DNA of 47,059 bases from Rhodopirellula sp. (GTDB lineage Bacteria; Planctomycetota; Planctomycetia; Pirellulales; Pirellulaceae): positions 1 to 47,059 of the forward strand of contig JBDNIG010000318.1 of assembly GCA_041688415.1 (NCBI GenBank). The letters are read 5' to 3'. Of the stretch, positions 8,199 to 18,531 are shown piece after piece; position 1 is the stretch's first letter; each line of letters begins with the position of its first letter. The position numbers and the translations under genes are program-made. The notes beneath the pieces were generated by a model. The model had not been told where the DNA came from. It saw nothing but the letters and a program-made list of their open reading frames with translations, and made no database searches.

Positions 8199-10054
8199 TG
8201 GTTTCGCTTGGTGACCAGATCACGCGTGATCTGGTACAGCCGATCCTGCCTTTGGGCGAGATCGCGTAACAACGGCAAAACGTCTTCGCCGGCGGTGTTA
8301 TTCTCCCCGGCCTGATCCGGTTGTATCAAATCGCCATAGCGATCCGTTGTGCTATGTATCCGAGTCTGCATCGTTCGCAGCAGCTTCAGCTCGGCGAGAA
8401 CTTGGACGAGCGGTTGTTCCTCTGCACCTTGTTTTCCGGCCTGTCCCTGTTGTTGCTGTTGCTGCTTCTTTTCGTTGTCGCGTTGGGCCTTGGCCAGGGC
8501 CGTAATCATTTCTTCGAGAGCGGCCAAAATGTCACTCTGGATACCTTGGGTAACCACGTCGATCTTACTTTGGCCCAACCGGGTTGTGACTCGTTTGGTA
8601 TCGTCGCGAAGTTGCTGGACCACTTCGGGAAACGCGACACTGGAGCCCTCCTCCCTTAGCAACAGCATCGCCCGGTCGGCCTCGAGAGTGATCTTCTGTT
8701 CGTCAAACGCCAGGTCGCCTGATTTCAAGTCCGTGGTTCGGTCGCGTTGTGATTGCGGTGTTTTGGCCAATTGCTCGGTTTCGTCGAGCACGGCGGACTG
8801 CATCGCCGCCATCTTTCTAAGACGTGCTTCGACCTTGGCGAGTTCACGTTGGATTTCTTCTTCACGGAGTTGTCGCAGAATCTTCTCGAGCCGGTCGATG
8901 GCTTTGCGAAGTTCCTCTTCGGCTTGACGTTGCTCCTGCGTCGCCTCGCCACGCTTCTCTTGGGCGAGTTTTTCCTGCGCCTGTTGCATCCGCTGGATGG
9001 CTTTTTGCAGTTGATCTTGCGCGTCCTGCTCCGGTGACTTCGGCTGCTGCGGTTTTGGGGGCTGGGCGGCGTCATTCTGCTCACCGGCTTTCTGCTCACC
9101 CTGTGCGGACTCGTCGTTTGGCTGGGCGGGATCGTCGGACTTGTTTGGATCGTTGGATTCCTTTTGCTCCGCCGGATTTTGCTGCCCGCTTGGCTCCTTT
9201 TGATCGCTGGCTTCCCGTTGGTCAGCCGGTTCCTTGTTTTTCGGTTGGTCCGATTTTTCTTTTTGATCGTCCGATTGTTTTTGATCGCTCGATTGCTTCG
9301 AATCGCCTGATTCTTGCGGGTTCGTTGACTCGTCCGGAGACTTGGATTCGTCCGGAGACTTGGATTCGTCCGGGGATTTTGCTTCGTCTGGGGACTTGGA
9401 TTCGTCTGGCGACTTGGATTCGCCCGACTCGTCGAGATCGTCTTCGCTGAGTTCCTCGCTCAGAGCCTCGGCACGTTTGGAGATTTCCTCTTGTTCCTTC
9501 AATACTTCTTTGAGTTCCACACCATTTTCAGTTCGAGCCCGCACGCTGCGTTCGTTTCGTTCGGTCAATCGCAACTGCTTGATCATTTCGGCAATCCGTT
9601 TTTTCTCGTCGCGAATGCGAGAGCTCCGGTCTTCGCTGAGCAGCAACTTCAGCAAGCCTTCGAGTTCGCCGGTCGCCGATTTCTGATCCTCGAGTGCTTT
9701 GGATAGCTGGCCGCTCGCAATCAAAGTGCTGGCTCCGCGCAGTTTCTCGAGCACGAATCGCTCGCGCGATTGACGGGCGACCCGTTTGAGCAACGCCGCT
9801 CGCTCCGGATTCTCGCGCGCCTCGACGTCGGCTAGCCGCAGCAGCAATTCTTCCAACCGAGCGTACCGCGCCGCAACGCTGGTTTGCTTGGCGACCAACG
9901 GATCGCCCGTCTCGGCGACTTCACTCGCATTTTGTGCCTCGGTGGAGCGAGCGAAGGTACAGACTGACGAGATGCACAAAACGATTGCGGCGACCATCCA
10001 CAGACTGCGCTCGACGGATGCGGGGACTCTTCGTTTCGTTTCGATTCCGTGCAT
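8195..10054 (-). CDS. Exported coiled-coil protein with low-complexity linker (MoxR operon)
   Basis: Hydrophobic N-terminal segment WMVAAIVLCISSV; long heptad-like helices; DESKSP repeats; LAELKLLRTMQ motif. ATG 10054 preferred because 10159 lies in a repeat. Confidence 0.75.
   Translation of the reverse strand: MHGIETKRRVPASVERSLWMVAAIVLCISSVCTFARSTEAQNASEVAETGDPLVAKQTSVAARYARLEELLLRLADVEARENPERAALLKRVARQSRERFVLEKLRGASTLIASGQLSKALEDQKSATGELEGLLKLLLSEDRSSRIRDEKKRIAEMIKQLRLTERNERSVRARTENGVELKEVLKEQEEISKRAEALSEELSEDDLDESGESKSPDESKSPDEAKSPDESKSPDESKSPDESTNPQESGDSKQSSDQKQSDDQKEKSDQPKNKEPADQREASDQKEPSGQQNPAEQKESNDPNKSDDPAQPNDESAQGEQKAGEQNDAAQPPKPQQPKSPEQDAQDQLQKAIQRMQQAQEKLAQEKRGEATQEQRQAEEELRKAIDRLEKILRQLREEEIQRELAKVEARLRKMAAMQSAVLDETEQLAKTPQSQRDRTTDLKSGDLAFDEQKITLEADRAMLLLREEGSSVAFPEVVQQLRDDTKRVTTRLGQSKIDVVTQGIQSDILAALEEMITALAKAQRDNEKKQQQQQQGQAGKQGAEEQPLVQVLAELKLLRTMQTRIHSTTDRYGDLIQPDQAGENNTAGEDVLPLLRDLAQRQDRLYQITRDLVTKRNQ
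9327..9433. repeat. In-frame 18-bp tandem repeat encoding DESKSP, about 5 copies
   Basis: Protein reads ESKSPDESKSPDEAKSPDESKSPDESKSPDES. Confidence 0.85.
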
Positions 10055-10132
10055 GTTGCTGCTATGACCACGAATTTGACGTTGAATTATACCCTCAACA
10101 GGGGGCTGTGCTAGGCGGCACAGGTTTCTGTG

Positions 10133-10186
10133 AACACGGGTTGGAAGCCGATGCCACATCCAAACACGGGTTGGAAGCCCATGCCA
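10133..10186. repeat. Two direct copies (30-bp period) of a REP-like unit
   Basis: aacacgggttggaagccgatgcca at 10133 and aacacgggttggaagcccatgcca at 10163. Confidence 0.75.
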
Positions 10187-10191
10187 TGGAC

Positions 10192-12882
10192 TTATTTGAA
10201 CAGATCCAGGACACGATTTTTCTGTTCATCCTCGGTTTCGTCCAATAAACTTTCTTGGTCCTCGATTAATCCGCGCATCAGATCCAATATCTCATTGAAA
10301 CTCTCCAAGTCCAGCATTTTCTCCAGGACCGCGGATAGTTGCAACAGAATTTCGTCATTCGTCGCGACGGCTTGCTGCACGGCTTGCTCCATATCGGCAA
10401 CCGTGGCGGGCTCGGCATTTTCGGGCCCAGCGGGATCGGAAGTCGACATCAAAATTCGTTCCAATTCGACAATTTGACGCCCTAAACGTGGAAAAGGTTC
10501 CTCCACCACAGCATTCAGCGGTCCCCGGACACCTTGTTCGAGACGCTCACGACGGTCGACCGAATCGATCCGATTATTGACCATCTCGAGCACCAAATCA
10601 TCCAATCCGGCAACAATTCCGGCGAGCTCGTCGGTGGACTTGGCCGCTTGCAAACCCGCCTGACGGATCCGCAATTGAACCCGCTGGCGGGATCGAAAAT
10701 CCTTCCGCTCGGCATCGGTGAGTTGTTCCGCCATGTTGGACTCATCGCTATCATCAGGCGACTCGGTGGTCTCCTCGACAGCGTCCTCGGCGGAGTCAGC
10801 TTGATCGGCATCGTCCGTCAGCTTCTCAATGACGTCGCTGGCTTCGGTTTCGATCGCAGTGAGGCTTTGTCGCAACCGGCGAGTCTCATCGATGGCTTGC
10901 TCGAGCCACGAACGAAACTCCAATTCTCGCCGCTCGAGTGTCGCCAGAAGTGCCTCCGGTGTGACCACTTGCAGCCGCACGAGTTCGCCCCGAGTCACGT
11001 GCGCGGTGCCCAGATCAAAACGGTCTTGCGCCGTTGTGCCGATCGTCACGCTGGCGCCAGGCTCGATTGGCTGCAGCACCGCTTGATCGACGAGTTCGCG
11101 CAGGTCGATGGCTAGCTTGGCTTCGCCTTGTCGGTCGAGTTCCGGGGCGAGCGAATGAACTTGCTCACCCGCCTGCGAATGGGCCGGCTCGGTTTGCTCT
11201 TGGTCGGATGCCTGTTTCGGGGCCTGTTTCGGGGCCTGTTTCGGGGCCTGTTTCGGGGCCTGGTCCGGAGCTGGCTCTTGTTCCTGGTCCTGCTGATTTC
11301 GCACCCGCATCGCAATCGTCATCTCGTCGACACCATAGTCGTCCGTTGCGGTTGCCGTGATCGGCAGAATGGCGATCGGCGTGATCGCGTTTCCAATCCC
11401 GGAGAGCTTCATGGTGGTCACGGGCGGTTCATCACGCACGACACCGATGAAATATCGGTAGGCCGCTTGAGCCGAAATCCCCTCGGCATCACGGGGCACA
11501 ATGCGAATGGACGTGGCGCTCCGCACGTCGTCGAGTTGCAATGTAAAACTCAGTTCGTCAGCGGCGATCTTTGCGGGGAGAACTTCCGCAGCACGGGTTT
11601 CTCCAGACGGGGTTTGTCCGGGCATCGTTGCCGTCGCTCCGCCGGCGGACTCGGACGCTCCGCCGGCGGACTCGGACGCTCCGCTGGCGGACTCGGACGC
11701 TCGCCGTCGGGCGTCATAGTCAGCGCCGGTAGCGACCACATCGACTTCGCCGATCGGAGAACTTGTCCGGCCGATGAGCGTCAGCGAGCTGCCCTCGCGA
11801 ATCCGCACCCCTGATTGGTAGTCGAGTTGTTGATCGTACTGCTCGTCGACCGAGAACACTCGCAAGTAGTCGGGATAGCGAACGTGCATCCGCATGTCGG
11901 CGATCGCGGGTGGATCGACCGCTTCGACGCGGTAGTCCGTGAGCCGGTCGTCGAGCCCACGAATGGTCAGTGACACGGACCCCGCGAGCGAGGCCAACGG
12001 AGGCCCGTCCAGGACAAATGATTGGTAACCATCGGTGACACGGCCGACACGGCGGAGATTGCTCTGCCCGCGTTTGCCTTGCTCATCCACGTAGGAAACC
12101 GTACACAGGGCGGGGATGTCGTGTCCGTGCTCCGCTCCGGCGGCACGAATTCGTAGCGTCGCGTTGCTGCCCCGTGCCAATCTCACGACGCCTTGATCGA
12201 ACTCCACCAACCGGGTCGCTCCCTCGTCATTCTCGGTGGCCGCAATGATGGGAACTTCCACACCGACCATTTCCAAATGCGCCCGTCGCGGCCATGGCGA
12301 ATCCGACCACAGGGTCAGCCGACTGACCGCGCGAGCAAACGTATGTGGGCTGGCAACCGCCATGATCCCGATCGCGAGCAGCAGCGGCACGACGAGCATC
12401 AGCTTCTTTCGGATTGGCTCGTAGCGAAAGATTCGGCCCAGGTCCACTTGCGAGACTTGCCGCTCGGCTTCCTGAAAGACCTCCTTCATGAACGTCGCAC
12501 TATGGGCATCACCCGACCGTGGTGTCTCGCCCAATTGCACCGCCGTCACCAATCGACCCCCCAGTTCGGGGTGCTGGCGCTCGATCAAAAGCGCCAGCGA
12601 ATCGTCGGGCAACTCACGGCGCATCGGCGAGATCAAAAATCGCCAAAACAGAACAGCGGCAATGACCAGCGTTGCCGCCAACACTAACGCTCGCGCCGAA
12701 CGCGGCATCTCGCTGCCGCCGATACGCACCGGCAAATAGTCGATCAAGAACGCGATCCAGAACGCCGCGAGAATTGCCGCGGCGACCCCGAGCAGCGAAT
12801 CCCAAAGAATGTACCGACGCACACGATGTCGCAGTCGCGATAGCAGTGCTTGCAGTTTCGGATGCATCGTGGGTTCAGTCAT
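10192..12882 (-). CDS. Membrane-anchored protein with Ig-like extracytoplasmic region and C-terminal coiled coil (MoxR operon)
   Basis: Three N-terminal TM segments; LALLIERQHPELGGRLVTAVQL; ATDDYGV; 896-aa ORF with host-like codon use. Confidence 0.8.
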   Translation of the reverse strand: MTEPTMHPKLQALLSRLRHRVRRYILWDSLLGVAAAILAAFWIAFLIDYLPVRIGGSEMPRSARALVLAATLVIAAVLFWRFLISPMRRELPDDSLALLIERQHPELGGRLVTAVQLGETPRSGDAHSATFMKEVFQEAERQVSQVDLGRIFRYEPIRKKLMLVVPLLLAIGIMAVASPHTFARAVSRLTLWSDSPWPRRAHLEMVGVEVPIIAATENDEGATRLVEFDQGVVRLARGSNATLRIRAAGAEHGHDIPALCTVSYVDEQGKRGQSNLRRVGRVTDGYQSFVLDGPPLASLAGSVSLTIRGLDDRLTDYRVEAVDPPAIADMRMHVRYPDYLRVFSVDEQYDQQLDYQSGVRIREGSSLTLIGRTSSPIGEVDVVATGADYDARRRASESASGASESAGGASESAGGATATMPGQTPSGETRAAEVLPAKIAADELSFTLQLDDVRSATSIRIVPRDAEGISAQAAYRYFIGVVRDEPPVTTMKLSGIGNAITPIAILPITATATDDYGVDEMTIAMRVRNQQDQEQEPAPDQAPKQAPKQAPKQAPKQASDQEQTEPAHSQAGEQVHSLAPELDRQGEAKLAIDLRELVDQAVLQPIEPGASVTIGTTAQDRFDLGTAHVTRGELVRLQVVTPEALLATLERRELEFRSWLEQAIDETRRLRQSLTAIETEASDVIEKLTDDADQADSAEDAVEETTESPDDSDESNMAEQLTDAERKDFRSRQRVQLRIRQAGLQAAKSTDELAGIVAGLDDLVLEMVNNRIDSVDRRERLEQGVRGPLNAVVEEPFPRLGRQIVELERILMSTSDPAGPENAEPATVADMEQAVQQAVATNDEILLQLSAVLEKMLDLESFNEILDLMRGLIEDQESLLDETEDEQKNRVLDLFK
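11211..11258. repeat. In-frame 12-bp perfect tandem repeat x4 (APKQ)
   Basis: (cctgtttcgggg)4. Confidence 0.92.
11635..11702. repeat. In-frame 21-bp tandem repeat x3 (ASESAGG)
   Basis: (cgctccgccggcggactcgga)3 with one substitution. Confidence 0.9.
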
Positions 12883-12906
12883 GAGGATGGAAAAACTAAT
12901 GTGTGC

Positions 12907-15759
12907 CTAGGCCAGTCGGTGCAGCCGACGCGTGATCCATTCGAACGTGAGCACCGATGCGATCAACCACATCAACACCGCATTGCGTCGTTCTCCGAAT
13001 AGCAGATCCGGTGTCCCGGCGAGTATCGTGACTTGCGGCTGCGGCACGATCTCGGAAGTCAACTTGGTCGCCATGGTCGCGGGGGGCTCGTTTTCATCGA
13101 TTGGGAAATACACCCCGCGGGTCGCGGCAGCCAATTGCATCAATGCGTCGTCGGCTCGTCGCGGACGTTCCAATTCGCTGGTCGGTAATCGCACCTGCAC
13201 GCTCCGTCGCAGGACCTCTTCGTCGAGCGCGTCGCCCACGGTCAATTGAACTTCATAACCACCGCTCGTCGTCGCGACAAAATTACCGGTGTAGGTACCG
13301 CCGCGTGGCGAATCGGCAGCCGGCGTTAACCGCAGATCGCGAAATCGACCGTCTGGCGAAAGCAACTTCGCCGTCACGAAGGGTTCATTCAGCGGTTGGT
13401 ACTGCGAGTCAACGAGCACGGCGCGGAGCGTGACGGTTTGTCCAACCATGGCGCGAGTGGCGTCGGCCAAGAGCACGCCCCGGTTGCTATCTCGAAGCAA
13501 GCGTCCTTCGCTGACCCAGCGAATCAGTTTTGTGTAGTAGTTGTCGAAGTACTGGTCGCCGGCGCCCCGCAACCGCCACATCTCGCCGCTGCCTTGAAAA
13601 TAAACACGTCCCGCACCATAGAACTGGCTCGCGAAATAGATCGGCAAATTGCCGCGGATTTCAGTCGTGGGATCCGAGAAATAAGCGTACACCTTCGCGC
13701 CCGGTTTGGCACTCTTGACGCCAACAAAGTCGTAGACGCCACCAACATCCTGCCACAATTCAAAGCTCTGTTGCGGTGTGTCGGCAATCCACAAAAACTC
13801 GGCGCTCGCCGCTTCCGGAGTGAACTGGAGCGGCCAATCACTACGCCCGCCCTGGCGCCCGCCGCCCAACAACGGGCCGCGAGTGGCGAGATTAACGGGA
13901 AAGAAACCACGGATCTGGTTCGTTCGTGCGCCACCACGATCGGCCGTGATCTTGGGGTGATAAACCGGACCGGCCACCAGGATCATGCCACCGGCTTGTT
14001 GGGTCAAAAATCGGTCAATCAAGTCGAGTGACGCGGCGTCGATGGCCGACCAATCCGGATCAAACATCACGATCGCGTCGTACTCAAATAACTCCTCCGC
14101 GGTCGGAGGAAACATCGTTAGGAGTTTGTCGGCGTCCTGGCTCATGCCGGGCCGTCCCGTTTGCAGCCACACATCGAGCTGCACCGATTCGTCACGGTAC
14201 AATAGGTTGCGAACGAAGCGATAGTCCCGGGTGGGACCACCCGCGATCGCCAGCACTTTTAGTTTGCGGGCAACGACTTCGTAGCGTGCCTTTTGCATGT
14301 CATCGGCATGGTTATGGTCATCAGGCGGGGCCACGATCCGTACCGCGAGTCGCCTGCGTCCGACCGTTTGCGGCTCAATCTCAAAGCGAATATCCGTCAA
14401 GCTGGCGTCCGGTTCCAATCGCACATGCTGACTTTCGAGGACTTGCCCGCCCGGCAAAGTTGTTGCTGCCTCATCATCAGCGGCCGCATCAGTGGCCTCG
14501 TCGTCGTCATTGTCCAACGCGTCGATCAGTTCCACGTCGACTTCGAGCGGCGACTTACCGGTGGCTTGCAACACCGCCGCGACGACGAACTTATCCCCCG
14601 GATAGACACGCCGGGGCGATTCCAGATCGACCACACGCACGTTCGTTGGCGGTTGGCTGCTGCCCAAACCCACCGGGTACATCGCCACTTCGTCGCGGCG
14701 CGCCATCGTGAGCGCCGCCGTGAGCGGGGTGGGGCCGTTATTCTGTCCGTCGGTAATCAGTACCACGCCAGCTAAAGTCGTTGCGTCGTGGTCAACCAAA
14801 ATCGACCGTAGCGCGTCACCGATCGGGCTCTGCGGCTCGCTCGCGGCAAGCTCGGTTTCCCAATCAATCGCGATCGGTTCCGGAGCGTTCGTCTCGCTCG
14901 GCTGCGCAGACGTTTCTTCACTTTCGAGGTCCTCGGTTGCCTCGGAATTCGATCTAGCAAGCCCGACGACCGACCGAAACGATTGATCCGTCCGAACGGC
15001 ATAGACCATTCCGAGCGAAATGATGCTAGCGACCATCGTGATCGCGGCAACCCACAGCATCCAGCCCACCGTTTCGCCGCGGCGGGAGTCTTTTCCGGAC
15101 TGGTTGTCTTCGGCCGTCGCCAACTTCGCCGGCCGCCGTGACGCGGTGGCGCCAGTCACCAACGCCAGCACACTGGCGATGGCAAAGATCGCCGAGCAAA
15201 ACAATCCGAACAACACAAATGGGCTGGTCGATGAATCGTCCGCAGTGCGCCGTGACGAACCCAACGGATTCGCTTGCGAACCAACGCTGCCGTCCGGGTC
15301 GACCGCATCATCAGCGGGCGATGATGTCGAAATTAACCGTGGCCCACCCGCTCCACCGAACGCGTAAACGCTCGTCCGGTGATCCTCATCCAAGGTGTCA
15401 AGGAGCGCTGACTGTTCGAGCAGATCAACTGCCCTCTGGGTTCGCGTCGCCGAATCGGGAGCATCGTTGGCCGGCAGCGACATCGACTGGCTCGTATCCA
15501 CCAACACGACGACTTCACTCGACCGCGTGACGCGACGTTCGGTGCGCCGAACGAGATCAAAAAACAGGAAGACGAGCGCCAGAACCGCGACCAAACGCAA
15601 TCCAATGAGCGTCCAACGCACCGGCCGCGGCAACTCCGCCACATCGCGACGATAGAAGTACACACAGACCGCGACGGCGGCGATGATGCCGACCACCAGG
15701 GACGCCCATAACCACCATCCATCGATCGCCACGGCGCGTGCAAATTCGTAAACGATCAT
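12907..15759 (-). CDS. Membrane vWA-domain protein with glutamine amidotransferase-like domain
   Basis: MIDAS-like VVVLVDTSQSM and VVLITDGQ; ELFEYDAIVMFDPD...GGMILVAGP. ATG 15759 overlaps the upstream TGA (ATGA). Confidence 0.82.
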   Translation of the reverse strand: MIVYEFARAVAIDGWWLWASLVVGIIAAVAVCVYFYRRDVAELPRPVRWTLIGLRLVAVLALVFLFFDLVRRTERRVTRSSEVVVLVDTSQSMSLPANDAPDSATRTQRAVDLLEQSALLDTLDEDHRTSVYAFGGAGGPRLISTSSPADDAVDPDGSVGSQANPLGSSRRTADDSSTSPFVLFGLFCSAIFAIASVLALVTGATASRRPAKLATAEDNQSGKDSRRGETVGWMLWVAAITMVASIISLGMVYAVRTDQSFRSVVGLARSNSEATEDLESEETSAQPSETNAPEPIAIDWETELAASEPQSPIGDALRSILVDHDATTLAGVVLITDGQNNGPTPLTAALTMARRDEVAMYPVGLGSSQPPTNVRVVDLESPRRVYPGDKFVVAAVLQATGKSPLEVDVELIDALDNDDDEATDAAADDEAATTLPGGQVLESQHVRLEPDASLTDIRFEIEPQTVGRRRLAVRIVAPPDDHNHADDMQKARYEVVARKLKVLAIAGGPTRDYRFVRNLLYRDESVQLDVWLQTGRPGMSQDADKLLTMFPPTAEELFEYDAIVMFDPDWSAIDAASLDLIDRFLTQQAGGMILVAGPVYHPKITADRGGARTNQIRGFFPVNLATRGPLLGGGRQGGRSDWPLQFTPEAASAEFLWIADTPQQSFELWQDVGGVYDFVGVKSAKPGAKVYAYFSDPTTEIRGNLPIYFASQFYGAGRVYFQGSGEMWRLRGAGDQYFDNYYTKLIRWVSEGRLLRDSNRGVLLADATRAMVGQTVTLRAVLVDSQYQPLNEPFVTAKLLSPDGRFRDLRLTPAADSPRGGTYTGNFVATTSGGYEVQLTVGDALDEEVLRRSVQVRLPTSELERPRRADDALMQLAAATRGVYFPIDENEPPATMATKLTSEIVPQPQVTILAGTPDLLFGERRNAVLMWLIASVLTFEWITRRLHRLA

Positions 15760-18389
15760 CGTGTCACCTCCACGGTGCCGTTGTCCTGGGGCGACGCGAC
15801 AACATTGCCCCTGCGATGTCGAGAACGCGATCGAGGCTGCGACTGACTCGACATACTTGAATCGTTCTGCGGAGACGAGCGACGGAGGAAACTTCGCCCA
15901 CCGTGATCCGATGCTGAGGGTTTGACGTGATACGACGCCCACGCGGCGAGAGCTTGTTCGATCGCGAGCAAGAGGGCCAGGAGCGCCAGCAAGACCAACA
16001 GGAACGTGGACATTCCACCCGCGTTCGAATCATTTTCCCAGCTCGTTGTGGAAAGGAACTCGATGCCCATCCCCGGCAGATCACGGAGAATCTCCGCGTG
16101 AGGCATCGCTGCCAGATCACTTTCGCCCAGCCGCAGAGCCGAGGCCATCGGCAGGACGCTCGTTTGCCCATCGAGTCCCGTCCGCTGCCACTCGTCAACA
16201 CCCGGCATCAGAAAATCATTCAGCCCAGCCTCATCGGCGATCAACATCTCCGTCGGCGAGACTTCGATCAGGGGTGACTGATCGCTGGCTTCCAACTCGA
16301 TCGAGAGGCGTGGCGGTTCGTTGGCAGGCAGCATCAACGTGGCAGTTGGTAAATAGGTGTCACCCGGTACTGGCAAGACGGCGGGCTCGTCGATCAACCG
16401 CGACGTCGGCGGTGCCGCACCGCTGAACAGCATCGCATTGGTCTGCAGCAAGAACACCACAAAACTGGGGTCGCCGGGCCAGTTATTCCATGCACCATCC
16501 AAACCCGACATGACGGTCACGATTCGCCCGCGTCCAAGACCGTGCCGCACCGCGATCGGTTGGCCATTGGGACGGGCCAACAACACGCGTCTATCGAGTA
16601 CATCAGGAGTCGCTGCGGCTGCCGCTGGCTCGACCGTCCCCCCGTCCGGTTCGGGTTGACTGGATACCGCGCTAGTCTCCGGTGCAGCACCGGGCACCTC
16701 CGTCGCCTCGCTCTCTACCGGAACCCACGCACGCTGGATATTGACGAGACCCAAGACACCGTTGCCCGCCCGCGAGATCGGGCCAAGCAAGTCTCCGTCT
16801 TTGCCAAAGACCACTCCGCCGCGTTTCGATTCGCTCGGGATATCCAAAACATCGCCCGACTGAGCCCCGCGTTGGCTCGCTTGGATGCGGTCCAACTCAA
16901 ACGGCAACAAGCGGCGATTATTCCCCGCCAACACACGATTGTAGTTCTCACCGGAGACGTCCGCTCCCAGGAACCACGCCAGTCCACCGCCATCACGGAC
17001 GTATTGCTGGAGCGTCTGGGCCAGTCGATCGCTGATCTCGGGGAGGTCAATCAGATAGATCGCTCGATACCTCTTGAGCGTTTCGAGCGACGCGTCACGG
17101 AGCATCGCGGCGGGACGCACTTCCGGTATCGCACCGATGCGGACCTGGCTGCCGGGGTTCAGGACCGATGAAACATGGTACGCGCCGAGCCCGTCGGCAT
17201 TGCCGTCGACAATCAACACGCGCTGGGCATCGGCCAATGGAATCGTGCAGACACGGGTGTTGTCGATCGCCAAGGCGTCGTCGGGCAATCCCACGCGGAC
17301 CACATGCGTGCCCTCCCGATCGATGTAGACTTGAAACGATTTCGTTAACTGCTGGCCCGCTGGAATGGACTCGATCATGATCGCCGGCAAGCCCTGCGTC
17401 TTGCCGCTGAGCGACGACGTCGGGTCCGCGACTTTCACCTCGTCACCGTACGTGATCACGGCGGCGGACAACGCCACATTCTTAACCTCGGAATCGGAAT
17501 AGTTTTTAACCGTCACGTTAACCATCACGGGTACGCCCGCGACCCACACATCGGGCTCGGGAGCGAGATCGGTGATGGCGAGATTGCGTGGCGGTGCGGC
17601 ATCCGTGCTTTCGACGCAGTCGATCATGCGAATCTCGGCACCGCTCTTGCGAGCTTTCTCCAGCGATGCCCCTAATCGACGAGGCGATTGCCAGTCCCGC
17701 CGCGTGAAGTCGCTGATCACGTACAAGCGACGTTCGTCGGACGGGTTGGCACTGAGCAGATCGCCGGCCAGGTCGATCGCGGGCACCAGACCCGTTCGCA
17801 GCGTCGAGGCCCGCGTGCTCATCAAACGTTCGATTTGACGAGCGTCGCCGGTGATCGTTTGAGCCGCGATGTCCGCTGCCGCATCCGCGGTTCCGGATTT
17901 TGAATCGCTCAACACCGCGGCGCGACTCGCCCGCATCACCGTCAGTTGATGCACCCCCTCGTCCGCACTCAAGCGACGAACCAACGTGCCGATCGCCGCC
18001 AGGGCGCGGTCATAGGCATTCGTGTCACGCCCGGTCGCGCCCGCCATCTCGCCGCTGCTGGCACCTCCACCGACCCGCTGCAGCATCGAATAACTGTCGT
18101 CAAGCACGATCACGTGATGCGTCGTTTGTCCCCCGATTGCGCCAATCAAGCGTTTGCCACCAATCAACCCCGCCAACAACGCGATCAACAACGCCGCGAC
18201 CGCCAATCGAGTGAGCAGGAGCAATAATTGACGCAGCACGATCCAACGTCGCTGCTTGCGATAACTCGCCAGCAAAAACTCCATCGCCGCCCACTGCGTC
18301 CGGCGATGGCGCAGCAGATTGATCAAGTGAACCAGCAACGGAACACCGACAAACAGGAAACCAACGGCGAGGGCGGGGTACAGGAACAA
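15756..18389 (-). CDS. BatA N-terminal domain + vWA protein
   Basis: FLYPALAVG...PLLVHLIN...WAAMEFL (BatA double-TM N-terminus); HVIVLDDSYSM; LYVISDF; DALAIDN; C-terminal TM. Confidence 0.85.
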   Translation of the reverse strand: MFLYPALAVGFLFVGVPLLVHLINLLRHRRTQWAAMEFLLASYRKQRRWIVLRQLLLLLTRLAVAALLIALLAGLIGGKRLIGAIGGQTTHHVIVLDDSYSMLQRVGGGASSGEMAGATGRDTNAYDRALAAIGTLVRRLSADEGVHQLTVMRASRAAVLSDSKSGTADAAADIAAQTITGDARQIERLMSTRASTLRTGLVPAIDLAGDLLSANPSDERRLYVISDFTRRDWQSPRRLGASLEKARKSGAEIRMIDCVESTDAAPPRNLAITDLAPEPDVWVAGVPVMVNVTVKNYSDSEVKNVALSAAVITYGDEVKVADPTSSLSGKTQGLPAIMIESIPAGQQLTKSFQVYIDREGTHVVRVGLPDDALAIDNTRVCTIPLADAQRVLIVDGNADGLGAYHVSSVLNPGSQVRIGAIPEVRPAAMLRDASLETLKRYRAIYLIDLPEISDRLAQTLQQYVRDGGGLAWFLGADVSGENYNRVLAGNNRRLLPFELDRIQASQRGAQSGDVLDIPSESKRGGVVFGKDGDLLGPISRAGNGVLGLVNIQRAWVPVESEATEVPGAAPETSAVSSQPEPDGGTVEPAAAAATPDVLDRRVLLARPNGQPIAVRHGLGRGRIVTVMSGLDGAWNNWPGDPSFVVFLLQTNAMLFSGAAPPTSRLIDEPAVLPVPGDTYLPTATLMLPANEPPRLSIELEASDQSPLIEVSPTEMLIADEAGLNDFLMPGVDEWQRTGLDGQTSVLPMASALRLGESDLAAMPHAEILRDLPGMGIEFLSTTSWENDSNAGGMSTFLLVLLALLALLLAIEQALAAWASYHVKPSASDHGGRSFLRRSSPQNDSSMSSQSQPRSRSRHRRGNVVASPQDNGTVEVTR

Positions 18390-18398
18390 GGAAAAGCG

Positions 18399-18451
18399 TA
18401 GAAGTTAGAAGTTAGAAGTTAGGAGCTAGGAGCTAGGAGCTAGAAGCTAGG
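18399..18451. repeat. Heptamer tandem repeat TAGRAGY, about 7.5 copies
   Basis: tagaagt x3, taggagc x3, tagaagc, tagg, ending about 10 nt before the BatA start codon. Confidence 0.9.
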
Positions 18452-18531
18452 CAGTTATACACAAATGTATTCACGCCGAAGGCGTTTCAGCTATTGGCCC
18501 GGATTCTTCATTCGGGATAAATCTCTTTTCT

